From: Squalus acanthias
Taxonomy: Eukaryota
Length of the DNA: 64,000 nucleotides
Reading direction: 5' to 3'
Assembly (NCBI GenBank): GCA_030390025.1
Contig: CM059432.1
Location: 45,014,001-45,078,000 of the forward strand
Of the stretch, positions 13,072 to 24,466 are shown piece by piece. Position numbers and translations under genes: made by a program. The notes under the pieces are model-generated. The model was not told the origin of the DNA. It did not search any database and saw only the letters and a list, made by a program, of their open reading frames with translations. Within the stretch, counting starts at the first letter, position 1, and every line of letters begins with the position of its first letter.

Positions 13072-13401
13072 TTAAATTAGTAGAATGCCTTCCACTTCCT
13101 CATCTTGTAACCTTTGTTTGTTAGCAGGCATTGGTTTCATTAAGTGTTCCGTTTTCTGGAATTTTTTAGAGAGTTGTGTGATTAGTTTATTTTAGTTCAT
13201 CCTTATTGACTCAATCCTGTTCCAGTCTCTTCTCTCCTGGCCAGTTTCCCAGATCTATTGAAACATACAGACCACGGAGAATATTACTATCATAATGCAA
13301 CAGGATCCTATTAACGCGAATACAAGGTCGTCCGGCTCCTTTTGGACTTTATGCCAATAATCCTTGCTTTCCTTGTGCAATATGATTTCTGGGTTACTCA
13401 T
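13072..13401 (-). pseudogene. Candidate small single-TM accessory ORF between pol and env (two internal stops)
   Basis: ATG overlaps the pol end (GATGAGTAA). Manual translation: MSNPEIILHKESKDYWHKVQKEPDDLVFALIGSCCIMIVIFSVVCMFQ*IWETGQERRDWNRIES... Confidence 0.45.
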
Positions 13402-16400
13402 CGGGTTCTTTGTATAATTTTAATTGTGTCCAGTGTTTCCATCTTCCTTTTCCAGTGCCGTGCAGGTCTATACACGCACAAGTGTCGCTGGTCATTAATA
13501 CCAAATAGGGTCCTTCCCACCGGGGCCGTAACCCAGGTTTTATTGGAATAATTCTGGACATTACCTGACTTCCCACCCCAGGTATAACTTTCTTTTGTTC
13601 CTCGGTATCCCTTTCCAGATCCTTGATTATCTGCTGGTCTCTAACCTCCTGTCTCAGCCCGAGCAGTTCCGCACATAATTGCTTTATGAACCTTCTGATT
13701 CTGTCTTTTAAAGGTCCCACATCTTCCCCTCCGGTCACGACTCCTTCGGGAAGCGCCATTGCCCGTCCCGTCATTAATTCAAAAGGGGTCAGTCCGGTGG
13801 TGCTATTTGGTGTGACCCTTAGTCTCATTAGGATCGTGGGTAACAGTTCCGCCCATCCCTGCCCCGTCTCCACAATTGCCTTTGTGAGAGATCGTTTTAA
13901 GGTCCGATTCATTCGTTCCACCATTCCTGAACTTTCGGGATGGTAAGGTATATGAAATTTCTGCCTTACGCCCAATAGGGCGCAAGCCTCTTTCATTACC
14001 TTTCCGGTAAAGTGTGTTCCATTATCTGAATCTATTTGTAATGGGACTCCCCACCGGGGTATTATTTCTTCTGCCAAGATCCGGGCCACTGTACTGGCGG
14101 TACAGTTTCGGGTGGTGAAAGCTTCCACCCACCTTGTGAATTGGTCGATTATTACCAGACAGTAGGTTTTTCCTTTGCTTTTGGTTATTGGTAAAGTCTA
14201 TTTGTAGTTTCTCCCAGGGTCCCTTGGGTCTCGGATGTGTACCCCATTTTACCTTTACTGGTTTTCCGGTGTTACATTGCGCACAAATGTGGCAATCCTT
14301 ACAATACTTCCTTACACTGCTTGATAGTCCGGGCCACCACCAGCATCGGCCTATGTTATTTATCGTTCGGCTGGCCCCTGTATGGGCTTGTCCATGATAC
14401 AACCTCATTAGTTCCTGTTGGATACACTCGGGTGCACAGACCCGTCCCTCCTTTCTCCAGACCTTATCTCTGGATAGCATTACTCCCTTCTCTTCCCAAA
14501 TTTTCAGCTCAGGTTCTGGTATGTCTCGATGTAATTTAACAATATTATACTCAAGGGGTATTAATGGGACTGGGACTCCCCTTATCGGTTTTACACTGCC
14601 ACAGGGCGCTTCAGTCATAACTTTGGCGGCCAGGTCTGCAGCCCTGTTACCTTGTTGTTGTGGAGTTTTTCCTTTGGTGTGCGCTTTAACCTTTATTACT
14701 GCTAACTCCGTTGGTCCGCGCGCGGCGTCCACCAAGGACTTTATTACATCCAGGTGTTGGATGGGGGTTCCCCCAGAGGTGATGTACCCCCTCCTACTCC
14801 ATGCGGCCATATAATCATGTATTATTCCGAAGGCATAGCGGCTGTCAGTATATACATTAACCCTTTTTCCCATAGCCAGTTTCAGGGCTTCCGTTAAGGC
14901 TGTTAGTTCTGCAACCTGGGCAGATTTATCCCCTGTGAGAGTTCCGGCTTGTAACACCATTCCTTCCCCATTTACCACCGCCCAGCCTGTCCTCGGCTTT
15001 CCCTGTACATATTTTCGGGATCCATCTACATATAACTCCAAGTCCGCTTCGGCCAAGGGTATTTCTTTTATTTTATCTAGGTCATTTTCTGGCTCTTCCT
15101 CATTCATGCATTGGTGGTCCTCTCCTTCCATTATCATCATGGAGGCTGGGTTCTGCCCCATATCCCTTACTATCTGTATTGACTTGTTTTTGGGTAATAG
15201 TACCGCCTCCCAGACTTCAGTCGTCCCGTATTAAGTAATTCTACCAGGGTGTGCTGGGTGTGTAGTACAATATCTCCGGTCATTATAATCAGTCCTGTAC
15301 GGACCATCTGGCACAATCTATAGCGGCCACGCAGCGGGGCATACCTGCCACGATGGGGGATCGTCTAGTGGAATAGTAGGCCACCAATCTCATGTTTCCT
15401 CCGTGCTCCTGGGCTACCACGGCGCTATAGTGTCCGTCATGATTGTGACAGAATATGTGATAGGGTCTCTCTTGGTCAGGTAATCCTAATGCGGGGGCGG
15501 CAGTCAGGGCTTGTTTAAGTTTGGTAAATGCTTCTTCCTGAGTGGTTGTCCACTCGATGGGTTCTTCTGCTGCCCTACCCCACTTTGTTAATTCATCCAG
15601 GGGCGCGGCCATGTGTGAGAAACCTTCTATAAAGTTCCGGCTAAAGTTAAAGAGACCGAGTACCTGACGTACTCCTCTCACGTTTATGGGCCTTGGCATT
15701 TGGCGGATTGCCTCCTTCCTTTCCTCTGGCACAGCCCTTTTTCCCATACTGATCCTATACCCCAGGTATATGACTTCCAATTTTCCTACCTGGGCTTTGG
15801 CTGGGTTTGCCTTAAAACCCGCATCCCGTAGGGCTGAAAAGACCTTTGTCAGGGCCCCCTTGTGTCCCTCTTTCGTTTCTGATGCTATTAGGAGGTCATT
15901 CACGTATTGTAAGAGGGTACTATTTTCACCCTCTAAGTCTAGGTCTTCAAGAGCTCTGGCCATGTGGCGGTGAAAAATGGCTGGACTGTTATGGAATCCT
16001 TGTGGGACCCGTGTCCATGTATACTGTTTGCCGCCTATTGTAAAGACAAATTTTTCTTGTGATTCCTCATGCAGGGGAATGGACCAGAATCCGTTTGCGA
16101 TGTCTAACACAGTGAATATTTTGTGTTCTGGTTTTAAACCGTTAAAGATAGTAGCTGGGCTTGCTACAATTGGATATTCCTTTGGGGTCACTTTATTTAA
16201 GGCTGTGTAATCGATTGTAAGTCGATATGATGCATCAGGTTTCTTTACGGGCCATACTGGAGAATTAGTGCCGGACACTGTTTCTCGCTAAATTCCTTGT
16301 TTAACTAGTTCCAATACTATACTCCGTACGGCTGTCTGGGCCTCCATTTATAGGGGATACTGTTTATGGGGTCGGTGGGTTGGCCCGGGGACTCTGACTG

Positions 16401-16976
16401 GGTTTATCTTGACCAGTCCGCAGTCCTGCTTGTGGTTGGCCCGGGGACTCTGACTGGGTTTATCTTGACCAGTCCGCAGTCCTGCTTGTGTTTGGCCCAT
16501 AGTTCGGGGAATCGGTGGCAAATTTCCCCCCATCCTCCCTTTTCATCCCATTTGGGGTCTATTATTCGGAGAGCGCTGATGGCGCATGCTGTCTTGGATC
16601 CCTTTGATTTATGTCTCTCTTCCTTATGGTTATCGGGCCATAGCAATTTATCCAGCTTGGGGTCTATTAAAACTCCCACTTCCCTTAGTATGTCTATACC
16701 CAGGATGGTCCCCTCAGTATTTTCACAGATCCAGAAACATGTAGGTATAATGATTTTTCCTAATTCTAGTAATACTGTCTCACTTTTCCATGCTTTAATT
16801 TTTACTCCCCCTATCCCGGATATAAAAATATTTTTCTTGGTTCGCGGCAAGGGTACGTTTGTTAGAGATATTGCTGCCCCGGTGTCTATGAGCATTCTGC
16901 ACTGTCGGCCCCCTACCAGTGCCTCAATAAACATTCTAGGGTCTCCCTTTGCCGGGTCTCCGAGGGCCGCTACCTG
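13394..16976 (-). pseudogene. pol: ERV-A pro-pol (PR, RT, tether, RNase H, IN), frameshifted
   Basis: ORFs 16404-16934 (LIDTGA), 15289-16278 (VPQGFHNSP, YVND), 14022-15161 (YVDGS, AQVAEL, HHCC) and 13394-14128 (DSDNG, ESSGMVERMN). Confidence 0.93.
16378..16489. repeat. 56-bp tandem duplication that frameshifts ERV-A pol
   Basis: GGTTGGCCCGGGGACTCTGACTGGGTTTATCTTGACCAGTCCGCAGTCCTGCTTGT occurs twice, at 16378 and 16434. Confidence 0.9.
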
Positions 16977-18525
16977 TCAGGCGTTGCCCTTTTTTATTTG
17001 TTTGACCAGTTTTTCCATTTTCCTTGTCAGCCCCACTATGTCTTCCTCGTCGGAGGTGTCTGAGGAATCGTCTCTCTTATACTTCCTACTCTTTCTCCTC
17101 TTCCTTTCTTCTCTTTCCCTGTCATCCTCCCAGTCTTGCATTCCCTTCTTAATCAGTTTCGCCACGTTTTCCTCGTTATTCTCTGACCTTCCAATACTTG
17201 ACCCCGGTTTTCCTCCCTGTCTAGGTCCCTGACCTTCCCTTCCTCCTCCTTTATTCCAACATTGTTGTTTCCTATGCCCTGGTTTTCCACAGTTATGACA
17301 GGAAGCCTTTTGCTGAGATGTCTGATTACCCCCCTTGTTCTGTTGCCTCGGGCAATCCCTTTTCATGTGGCCCTCCTGTCCGCAACCGAAGCATGCCGCC
17401 ACACTTAATGCATCTTCATTGTCGCTATCCGTCCTTAGAGCAGCTATTTTAGGTTTGGCTTGTTCTTGGGCCTGATTATCTACTTTGCACACCCACTGTA
17501 TTAAATCATCCCAATTATTGTGGACCACTAGCCCCATTTTTATTGCATTCTGGTGCATTGGACTTAGTCCCTGTTTAAATGTTTGCAGAAAACAAGCGTT
17601 GTTTTTGTTTAAGGGGCCTGGGATCCCACAGTTACCCTCAAAGGCGGACCACTTTCGTTTTCCATAATCGATGGCGCTTTCTCCCTTTTTTTGTGTGATT
17701 CCGCTTATAGCTGCCCAATTTACGGGGGCCTGTCCCATTGCTGCTTCCACAGCGGCCTTGAATTGGTCGAACTCAGTGTTTAATTGTTGGATTGTCTGTC
17801 CTGTATTTGCGGCCCACTGGCCATTTCCGTGGTTGCCCTGCACTAATCTCCACTGTTCCTCGGGACATTTAGCTCGTACCAATTGATCGATGTCTATACT
17901 ATGTAGGGCAAGGTTTATGCGTACTTCGCGCAGTTTGTGCCAGAATGTCTGATTATTCTGGCGGTGTTTTAAGGTTGGTAATTCGTTGAGGAGAATCACC
18001 CGATCCTGTAGGCTTAACGGTGTGTAGTTCAGCGTTGTGGTGGACGGCCTGCCAAGTACTGCCGGAACGGCCGGATTTCCCCCCGCCGCCGGAACTGCCG
18101 GGACCGCGGGGATTGCCGGCCTATATTGCAGTGTCACTGGTGCCATCGGAACAGGCTCCGGGGCCGCCGACTGGTGTCCTGAATACGGGGGAGGACAGCC
18201 GGTCGGCCCCCCCCTGGGGCAGTTCCGGGTATACCTTTTCCCGGGAGTCACCCGGGTTTGGGGCGGTTGCAGCGACTGGATATGTCTTAAGGACTCCGTG
18301 CTGGAGCGTACATTCCCGATGGTAACGTGCCGCCACGATAATGTACGCTTTTTCCAATTTATTTTTGGTTTGTTTCATCCACCAGTCCCTTTGTGTGTCT
18401 AGTTTATCGTCCCGGTTCCACCCTGCCTTCCTCATTTTCTCAATTAGTTTTTTATTCTTGTCATAAACATATCGTGTTACAGACTCTGGGTCTCCCCAGG
18501 GTTCCTTATCCTCTTTACTAGTCAT
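16977..18525 (-). pseudogene. gag: ERV-A gag with one frameshift near 18210
   Basis: MTSKEDKEPW start; late motifs YPEL and PPPY; MHR-like ITQKKGESAIDY; knuckles CFGCGQEGHMKRDC and CHNCGKPGHRKQQC. Confidence 0.9.
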
Positions 18526-19094
18526 ATCCAAAGTTTTCGAGTACACCTATACTTTATTCAATATTTTATACACCCTTACTTGTCACGTGATCACGATCCT
18601 GTGGTGCTTTGTAGTCCCTACGCCTACTTGATCCTGGCCGTCACGTGGGACTACGTCCTCTTAATTCAGGCTCAGGCTAGGTGTTTGAGATAGGCACCAC
18701 CCTTGTCCGAGTCGATCACTCCGTGATTCTCAGTTCAACTTTATACTTTATTGACACAACGGATCTTCTTATACTTTAAGCAGTCACGCGCTTAGTTTAC
18801 TTTTCGGCCAGAAGGACTCGTCCTTCACCCAGTGTTAAAACAACCCGTTTAACTACTTCTTAAGAGCCGCACCTCGTGGGCCTACCGGGTTTCTAAACCG
18901 TTGTTTTCCGGTACCGCAGTCCGGCAGTTTTAACCGCCTTCAATTAAAGGTGTCTTTCTTTTTATAGTTCTTTTGTACGTCAATCTTACTTAACGTCTCA
19001 CCAGCGATTAACCTCTAATTTTACAGGTGGTAATTTTAAACGTACTCACCCGTCTTAGGTTATCGCTGTCCGAGAGTTTTTGTTCAGATCGCGT

Positions 19095-19112
19095 ATCCCA
19101 TCCTCGTCGCCA
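19095..19112 (-). promoter_or_regulatory. Primer binding site, tRNA-Ser(GCU)
   Basis: TGGCGACGAGGATGGGAT, 2 nt from the LTR end, complementary to the vertebrate tRNA-Ser-GCT 3' end (recalled sequence). Confidence 0.85.
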
Positions 19113-19114
19113 AT

Positions 19115-19395
19115 TGAAGTAAGCCCCCAAAGTGCGGACCAAGTGATATACAAGGTCGACGCTACTGGCTTGTTGAAAGAAAGACAGACCAAGTAATTGA
19201 AGTCACAACGGTTTATTCAGGCCGGGGGAGAACCTCTTACATCGCTGCGTAAGTCCAACTCCGCCGAGCTAATCAAAGCACACATACTTATACAACATTT
19301 CTACCTTACCCTTACGGAGATCCAATTAATTTTAAAAGTTACACATTTACTCATTATCCGAGGGTGGCTGTTTATACAAAGATAACACATAATTT
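19115..19395 (-). repeat. ERV-A 5' LTR, outer U3 part deleted
   Basis: Matches 10619-10898, then switches directly to a CR1 3' UTR. Confidence 0.9.
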
Positions 19396-19477
19396 AAATA
19401 GACAGGGCTTGATGGCCGGCACGGACACGATGGGCCGAAGGGCCTCTTTCTGTGCTGTATAATTCTATGACTCTATA
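19396..19477 (+). mobile_element. CR1 3' tail belonging to the 9223-10618 copy
   Basis: GATGGCCGGCACGGACACGATGGGCCGAAGGGCCTCTTTCTGTGCTGTATAATTCTATGACTCTAT, a typical CR1 hairpin and microsatellite end. Confidence 0.8.
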
Positions 19478-20471
19478 ACTACACACCATCTGTATTTTAC
19501 TTGTTGCCTGGTAGAGCTTTATTTATGCAAATCCGAGTGCCATTTTAGTTTTATGACTATCCAACATGAACTTTGGCTAACAAACTCCATGTTCTCTCAA
19601 TACGTAAACATGAATTGTGTTTATTATCTATAATTTGTCAATACTCATTCTCTATTCAAATAGCACCTGTTTTGTTTTGCTTTATCTATACCCAAGCCAC
19701 ATTTCTATCAAATGTAATCTTTCAGTTCTTTGTCTCTTCCAGCAGCCCCAGTGTAGATATTTTTTGTTAGGAAATAGTTTGCTGGAAACATTGTATTTTC
19801 CACACTAAAAGAAAACATAGTAAATTATATGACTAACAAGGTGATATGCTGTTTCCATTGTTACTTTATACATACATACTGGGATCTCCAAAGGTGCAGG
19901 TTTAGTATATTTAATACATTTTAATTAGAATTACTACAATCAGTAACCAAAGGGTACTAAGATGGTATCACTTTATTTCACTCTATCTTGGTTCAATTAA
20001 ACAAAAGTTACCTGCTGATGGCTCAGTGTGTAAATTTATGTTATAGTGTGGCACTGAGCCATATGTACAAGGTATGTCCAAGATTTGATCCCTCAGCTAT
20101 ACTAAATTCGCCAATTGCAGCCAGTATGATGATTGGAGATACACAACTGGCTTAAACATCCCTTAGATGGGTTGGGGGAAATGACCAGGTTCCTCTTCCT
20201 GATTGAGTGACCTTTACTGGACATGTGCACATGTAGTCACTGAATGAGAATGTTTAGTCTGGGTTGGCACTGACTATGAAGGTCTCCATAATCCCATGAC
20301 AGCCACTTGGATGAAATACTGCTGCTGCTTGCAGAGCCGTATGAGTTACTGTGTTCAAAAGCAAAAAGGCTAAGGGTTAACATCAGGGAGAAAATTAGGG
20401 GAGAGCAAAATGAGCAAAAGTCAAGGATAAACAATAATAGAGAATGACTCCTGTGAACACTCAAAGCGTGA

Positions 20472-20812
20472 AGTGCATCTTGTAGATGGTACACACAGCA
20501 GCCACAGTGCGCTGGTGGTGGAGGGAGTGAACGTTTAAGGTGGTGGATCGGGTGCCAATCAAACGGGTTGCTTTGTCCTGGATGGTGGTGAGGTTCTTGA
20601 GTGTTGTTGAAGCTGCACTCATCCAGGCAAGTGAAGAGTATTCCTTCGCACTCCTGACTTGTGCCTTGTAGGTGGTGGAAAGGTTTTGGGGACTTAGGAG
20701 GTGAGACACTCGCTGCAGAATACCTCACCTCTGACCTGCTCTTGTAGCCAAAGTATTTATGTGGCTGGTCCAGTTAAGTTTCTGGTCAATGGTGACCCCC
20801 AGGATGTTGATG
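20472..20812 (-). mobile_element. Family-B LINE fragment
   Basis: ORF 20461-20709 YKAQVRSAKEYSSLAWMSAASTTLKNL. Confidence 0.85.
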
Positions 20813-20822
20813 AGTTAGCAAT

Positions 20823-21000
20823 TGGGGACCTCAGTTAAAGGTCTCATCCAAAACACAGCACCTCCAACAGTGCGGCACTCCTCAGTACTGCACTGAAGTA
20901 TCAGCATAGATTATGTACTCAAGTCTCTGGAATGTGGCTTGAACCCACAACCAGTGTAGATTCGAAGCAGAATGGAAGCATCTTTCATGAATTAAGGTTG
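20823..21000 (-). mobile_element. Deu-domain SINE fragment (AmnSINE1/SacSINE1-like)
   Basis: Minus strand reads GGTTCAAGCC (B-box like) then GAGTGCCGCACTGTTGGAGGTGCTGTGTTTTGGATGAGACCTTTAACTGAGG, resembling the Deu domain as recalled. Confidence 0.55.
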
Positions 21001-21279
21001 CTACTACTACTATAGAAGCCCTTGGCTCAAATTTTAGCGGGGACAGATTTTCCTTTTTCTGTGCCTGTGCATATTGGATCACGTACAGCACACGGAGGAA
21101 AAACAGGTGGGGAGGATTGCAGACCTGAAAGGGAGCTCACCCAATTTTGTGTCAATTTAAAGCAATGGGCTGATGATCAGTTGGGCCGCTTTACAGGAGG
21201 GCGTACCACCTCACCCATTTTTTTTCTTATTTTGGTCAAGACTCCTCCAGTGAGTCAGCCTTAATTATCTATGTGAACT

Positions 21280-21610
21280 GTAAAAGCGCACAACACAGAA
21301 GGAGGTCAGTCTGTGACTAAATCTTTGTCAGAGCAATCCACATCAAATCCCATTTCCCCATTCTCATCCCATAACCTTGTATCTTATTCTACTTCAAATG
21401 TTTACCTACTTTTCGTTAGAAGATGCAACGGCCTCTGCCTTAACTATTCCTTGTGACAAAACATTCCATGATCTAGTAAATTTGCTTAATAAAAATCTCC
21501 TAACCTTTCTCCTCACGTTGATGACCCCTTGTCACTGAATCGCCAACCAAAGGAATAAGTCTTCCCCTAGACACTCCATCAAAATGCCTCAAAATTTTAA
21601 AAGCCCCTGT
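21280..21610 (-). mobile_element. Old CR1 3' fragment
   Basis: Minus translation NLTGAFKILRHFDGVSRGRLIPLVGDSVTRGH resembles the CR1 ORF2 C-terminus. Confidence 0.55.
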
Positions 21611-22045
21611 TAAATTGCTACTCTGGCTATTTTCTTTGCCATCCTTTTCACCAAAACTGTCCTTACAATGCTTCATTGCAGGGCTCCTGCACACTTGCAA
21701 TACCTCATCACTAAAATAAAAAAAATTCTGTTTCTACTGAGCCATTTTCTATTCTAACCGCATCCTTTGAAGCAGAAATAAGACATTTTTTTTAACATAT
21801 GTATATACATGCGCTGATCAAGTGACTGTTTAGCTGCTTGAGAAGCAGGTGAGTTATGACTGAATGTTAGTTTTTCATTGCCAGTACCAAATCATATTCA
21901 CAAGACTGTTCCACTTCAACAGTAATTTATGAACCATGACAAAAAACACGTATTTCATCCAGTTTTGAAAAAGCACTTGAATTTCAGCTCAAGATGTTAA
22001 ATAAAAGAAAAATGAACCAGCAACAATTGTTCTCTCAAACTGCAG

Positions 22046-22177
22046 AATGAATGCCAGCATTGCAGAAATGCAATCTGCCAATGGTGAGGTCTGTTGCCCA
22101 GTTACTTGCACAAGTGGTTCTGATTGGGATGGATGGGCAGAGGCTCATTATAAAGACACAGCTTATAACACTTCAAG
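22046..22177 (+). other. Candidate host exon (132 nt, frame-preserving)
   Basis: Acceptor TTCTCTCAAACTGCAG, consensus donor AAG|GTAAGT, one fully open frame (MNASIAEMQSANGEVCCPVTCTSGSDWDGWAEAHYKDTAYNTS); lies in non-repeat sequence; protein not recognised. Confidence 0.3.
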
Positions 22178-22710
22178 GTAAGTCATTATCCACCAAAAAT
22201 TTCAATTCCCATACTTATCATAGGCAATTTATTCAAATGCGGATAGAAGCCAAAGTTAATTTATAAACTTATTAATGTTGTTGAACAACATGGTGATTAT
22301 GATATCAGTCTCAGAACAAAGAATTGTCATTGGCAAAAACTACAGATTACATATAAAAGTACTGTCTTTGGTCAACAGTAACAGAGTTGAATACAATCAA
22401 CCACATGATTACTTTCAAAACTCAAGAATTTACCAAATTGGGTCAAATTTAGCATGTTATGCACTATGGGGTAGATTTCCTGATCGGCAAAAGCAGTAAT
22501 TGGATGAGCAGGCGATTACTTAAAGTAGTGTTGTACTATTTCCTGTTGGAGTTAAGTTTCTACATCAGTGCTTTGTGGATTATTGTGGCATAAATTTTAG
22601 GTATTGTGTTGCGCCATTTAGGATTTGTATTTTACCTTTCCTTTTCTTTCTGGTTTTCCCACCACAGTTTTATTGCTAGCTGTAAATTTAGTTGCAGCAA
22701 CCATATTTAA

Positions 22711-22840
22711 TTTTATTCATTCATGGGATGTGGGTGTTGCTGGCAAGGCCAGCATTTATTGCCCATCCCTAATTGCCCTTGAGAAGGTGGTGGTGAGCCA
22801 CCTTCTTGAACCGCTGCAGTCCGTGTGGTGAAGGTACTCC
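22711..22840 (-). mobile_element. 3' end of the family-B LINE that hosts the 22.8-62.5 kb nest (piece 1 of 4)
   Basis: Reverse complement of the family-B tail; colinear continuation at 28461. Confidence 0.85.
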
Positions 22841-22842
22841 TA

Positions 22843-24020
22843 CAGGCTGTTGTCGGGAGCGACGAGAACGGAGGTGCTGTGAGGTGCTGTGAGTATTTGA
22901 ACTCACTTTCGCGGGCTTTTCTTCACAGGCTGTTGTCGGGAGCGACGAGACCGGAGGTGCTGTGAGGTGCTGTGAGTATTTGAACTCACTTTCACGTGCT
23001 TTTCTTCACAGGCTGTTGTCGGGAGCGACGAGACCGGAGGTGCTGTGAGGTGCTGTGAGTATTTGAACTCACTTTCGCGGGCTTTTCTTCACAGGCTGTT
23101 GTTGGGAGCGACGAGACCGGAGGTGCTGTGAGGTGCTGTGAGTATTTGAACTCACTTTCGCGGGCTTTTCTTTCACAGGCTGTTGTCGGGAGCGACGAGA
23201 CCGGAGGCGCTGTGAGGTGCTGTGAGTATTTGAACTCACTTTCGTGGGCTTTTCTTTCACAGGCTGTTGTCGGGAGAGACGAGACCGGAGGTGCTGTGAG
23301 GTGCTGTGTGTATTTGAACTCACTTTCGCGGGTTTTTCTTCACAGGCTGTTGTCGGGAGCGATGAGACCGGAGGTGCTGTGAGTATTTGAACTCACTTTC
23401 GCGGGCTTTTCTTCACAGGCTGTTGTCGGGAGCGACGAGACCGGAGGTGCTGTGAGGTGCTGTGAGTATTTGAACTCACTTTCGCGGGCTTTTCTTTCAC
23501 AGGCTGTTGTCAGGAGAGACGAGACCGGAGGTGCTGTGAGGTGCTGTGAGTATTTGAACTCACTTTCGCGGGCTTTTCTTTCACAGGCTGTTGTCGGGAG
23601 AGACGAGACCGGAGGTGCTGTGAGGTGCTGTGAGTATTTGAACTCACTTTCGTGGGCTTTTCTTTCACAGGCTGTTGTCGGGAGAGACGAGACCGGAGGT
23701 GCTGTGAGGTGCTGTGTGTATTTGAACTCACTTTCGCGGGCTTTTCTTCACAGGCTGTTGTCGGGAGCGATGAGACCGGAGGTGCTGTGAGTATTTGAAC
23801 TCACTTTCGCGGGCTTTTCTTCACAGGCTGTTGTCGGGAGCGACGAGACCGGAGGTGCTGTGAGGTGCTGTGAGTATTTGAACTCACTTTCGCGGGCTTT
23901 TCTTTCACAGGCTGTTGTCAGGAGAGACGAGACCGGAGGTGCTGTGAGGTGCTGTGAGTATTTGAACTCACTTTCGCGGGCTTTTCTTTCACAGGCTGTT
24001 GTCGGGAGAGACGAGACCGG
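22843..24020 (+). repeat. About 14.3 tandem 83-84-bp monomers (two 73-bp variants) forming the CR1 5' UTR
   Basis: Unit CAGGCTGTTGTCGGGAGCGACGAGACCGGAGGTGCTGTGAGGTGCTGTGAGTATTTGAACTCACTTTCGCGGGCTTTTCTTCA; 408-bp five-monomer higher-order period. Confidence 0.93.
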
Positions 24021-24466
24021 AAGCGGACCAGGTGGGAAGCACCCAGGTGAACGGCATTTAAGGAGGGTGGTGGCTTAAACCCGAGTTCCTACAGAGTAGG
24101 AACCCCCACCCGCCCTCCTCCTCTAACCTACTAGTCTTTTAGCAGTCTAAAAACAGAGGTCACAAATTTTTTGGTCTCAGTTTCTTTTCAGCAGGGCAGG
24201 ACGGTTACCGGGAGGAGCGGGAAGTCGGCGTAGGACCAAGGGGACACAAGACCGGGAAGTCAGCGAAAGACCAGGGAGGTAAGACTAACTAGTAAGTACT
24301 TTCCTCAAACCTTCCTAGAAACTAAAACTAAAACTAGTGGGATTTGGTTAGTTTAAAAAGGAATAAGAGGAGTACAGTATACATTGGTCTAAGTAAGCTT
24401 TGGGAAAACAAAAGTCAATAAATAAACTAAAACTAAAAAATTAAAAAGTAATATAAGGGTTAAGTC

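Larger units (their letters stand above)
10619..19395 (-). mobile_element. Endogenous retrovirus ERV-A (gag-pro-pol-env, gamma-type env, tRNA-Ser PBS), degraded
   Basis: Two LTR copies, PBS, PPT, gag with two CCHC knuckles, PR LIDTGA, RT QYVNDLL, RNase H YVDGS, integrase HHCC and DSDNGTHF, env CWVC plus ISD. Confidence 0.95.

Noticed and set aside
22843..24020. CRISPR-like regular array
   Set aside because: The units are head-to-tail with no unique spacers, there are no cas genes, the context is eukaryotic, and the array is the 5' UTR of a CR1.
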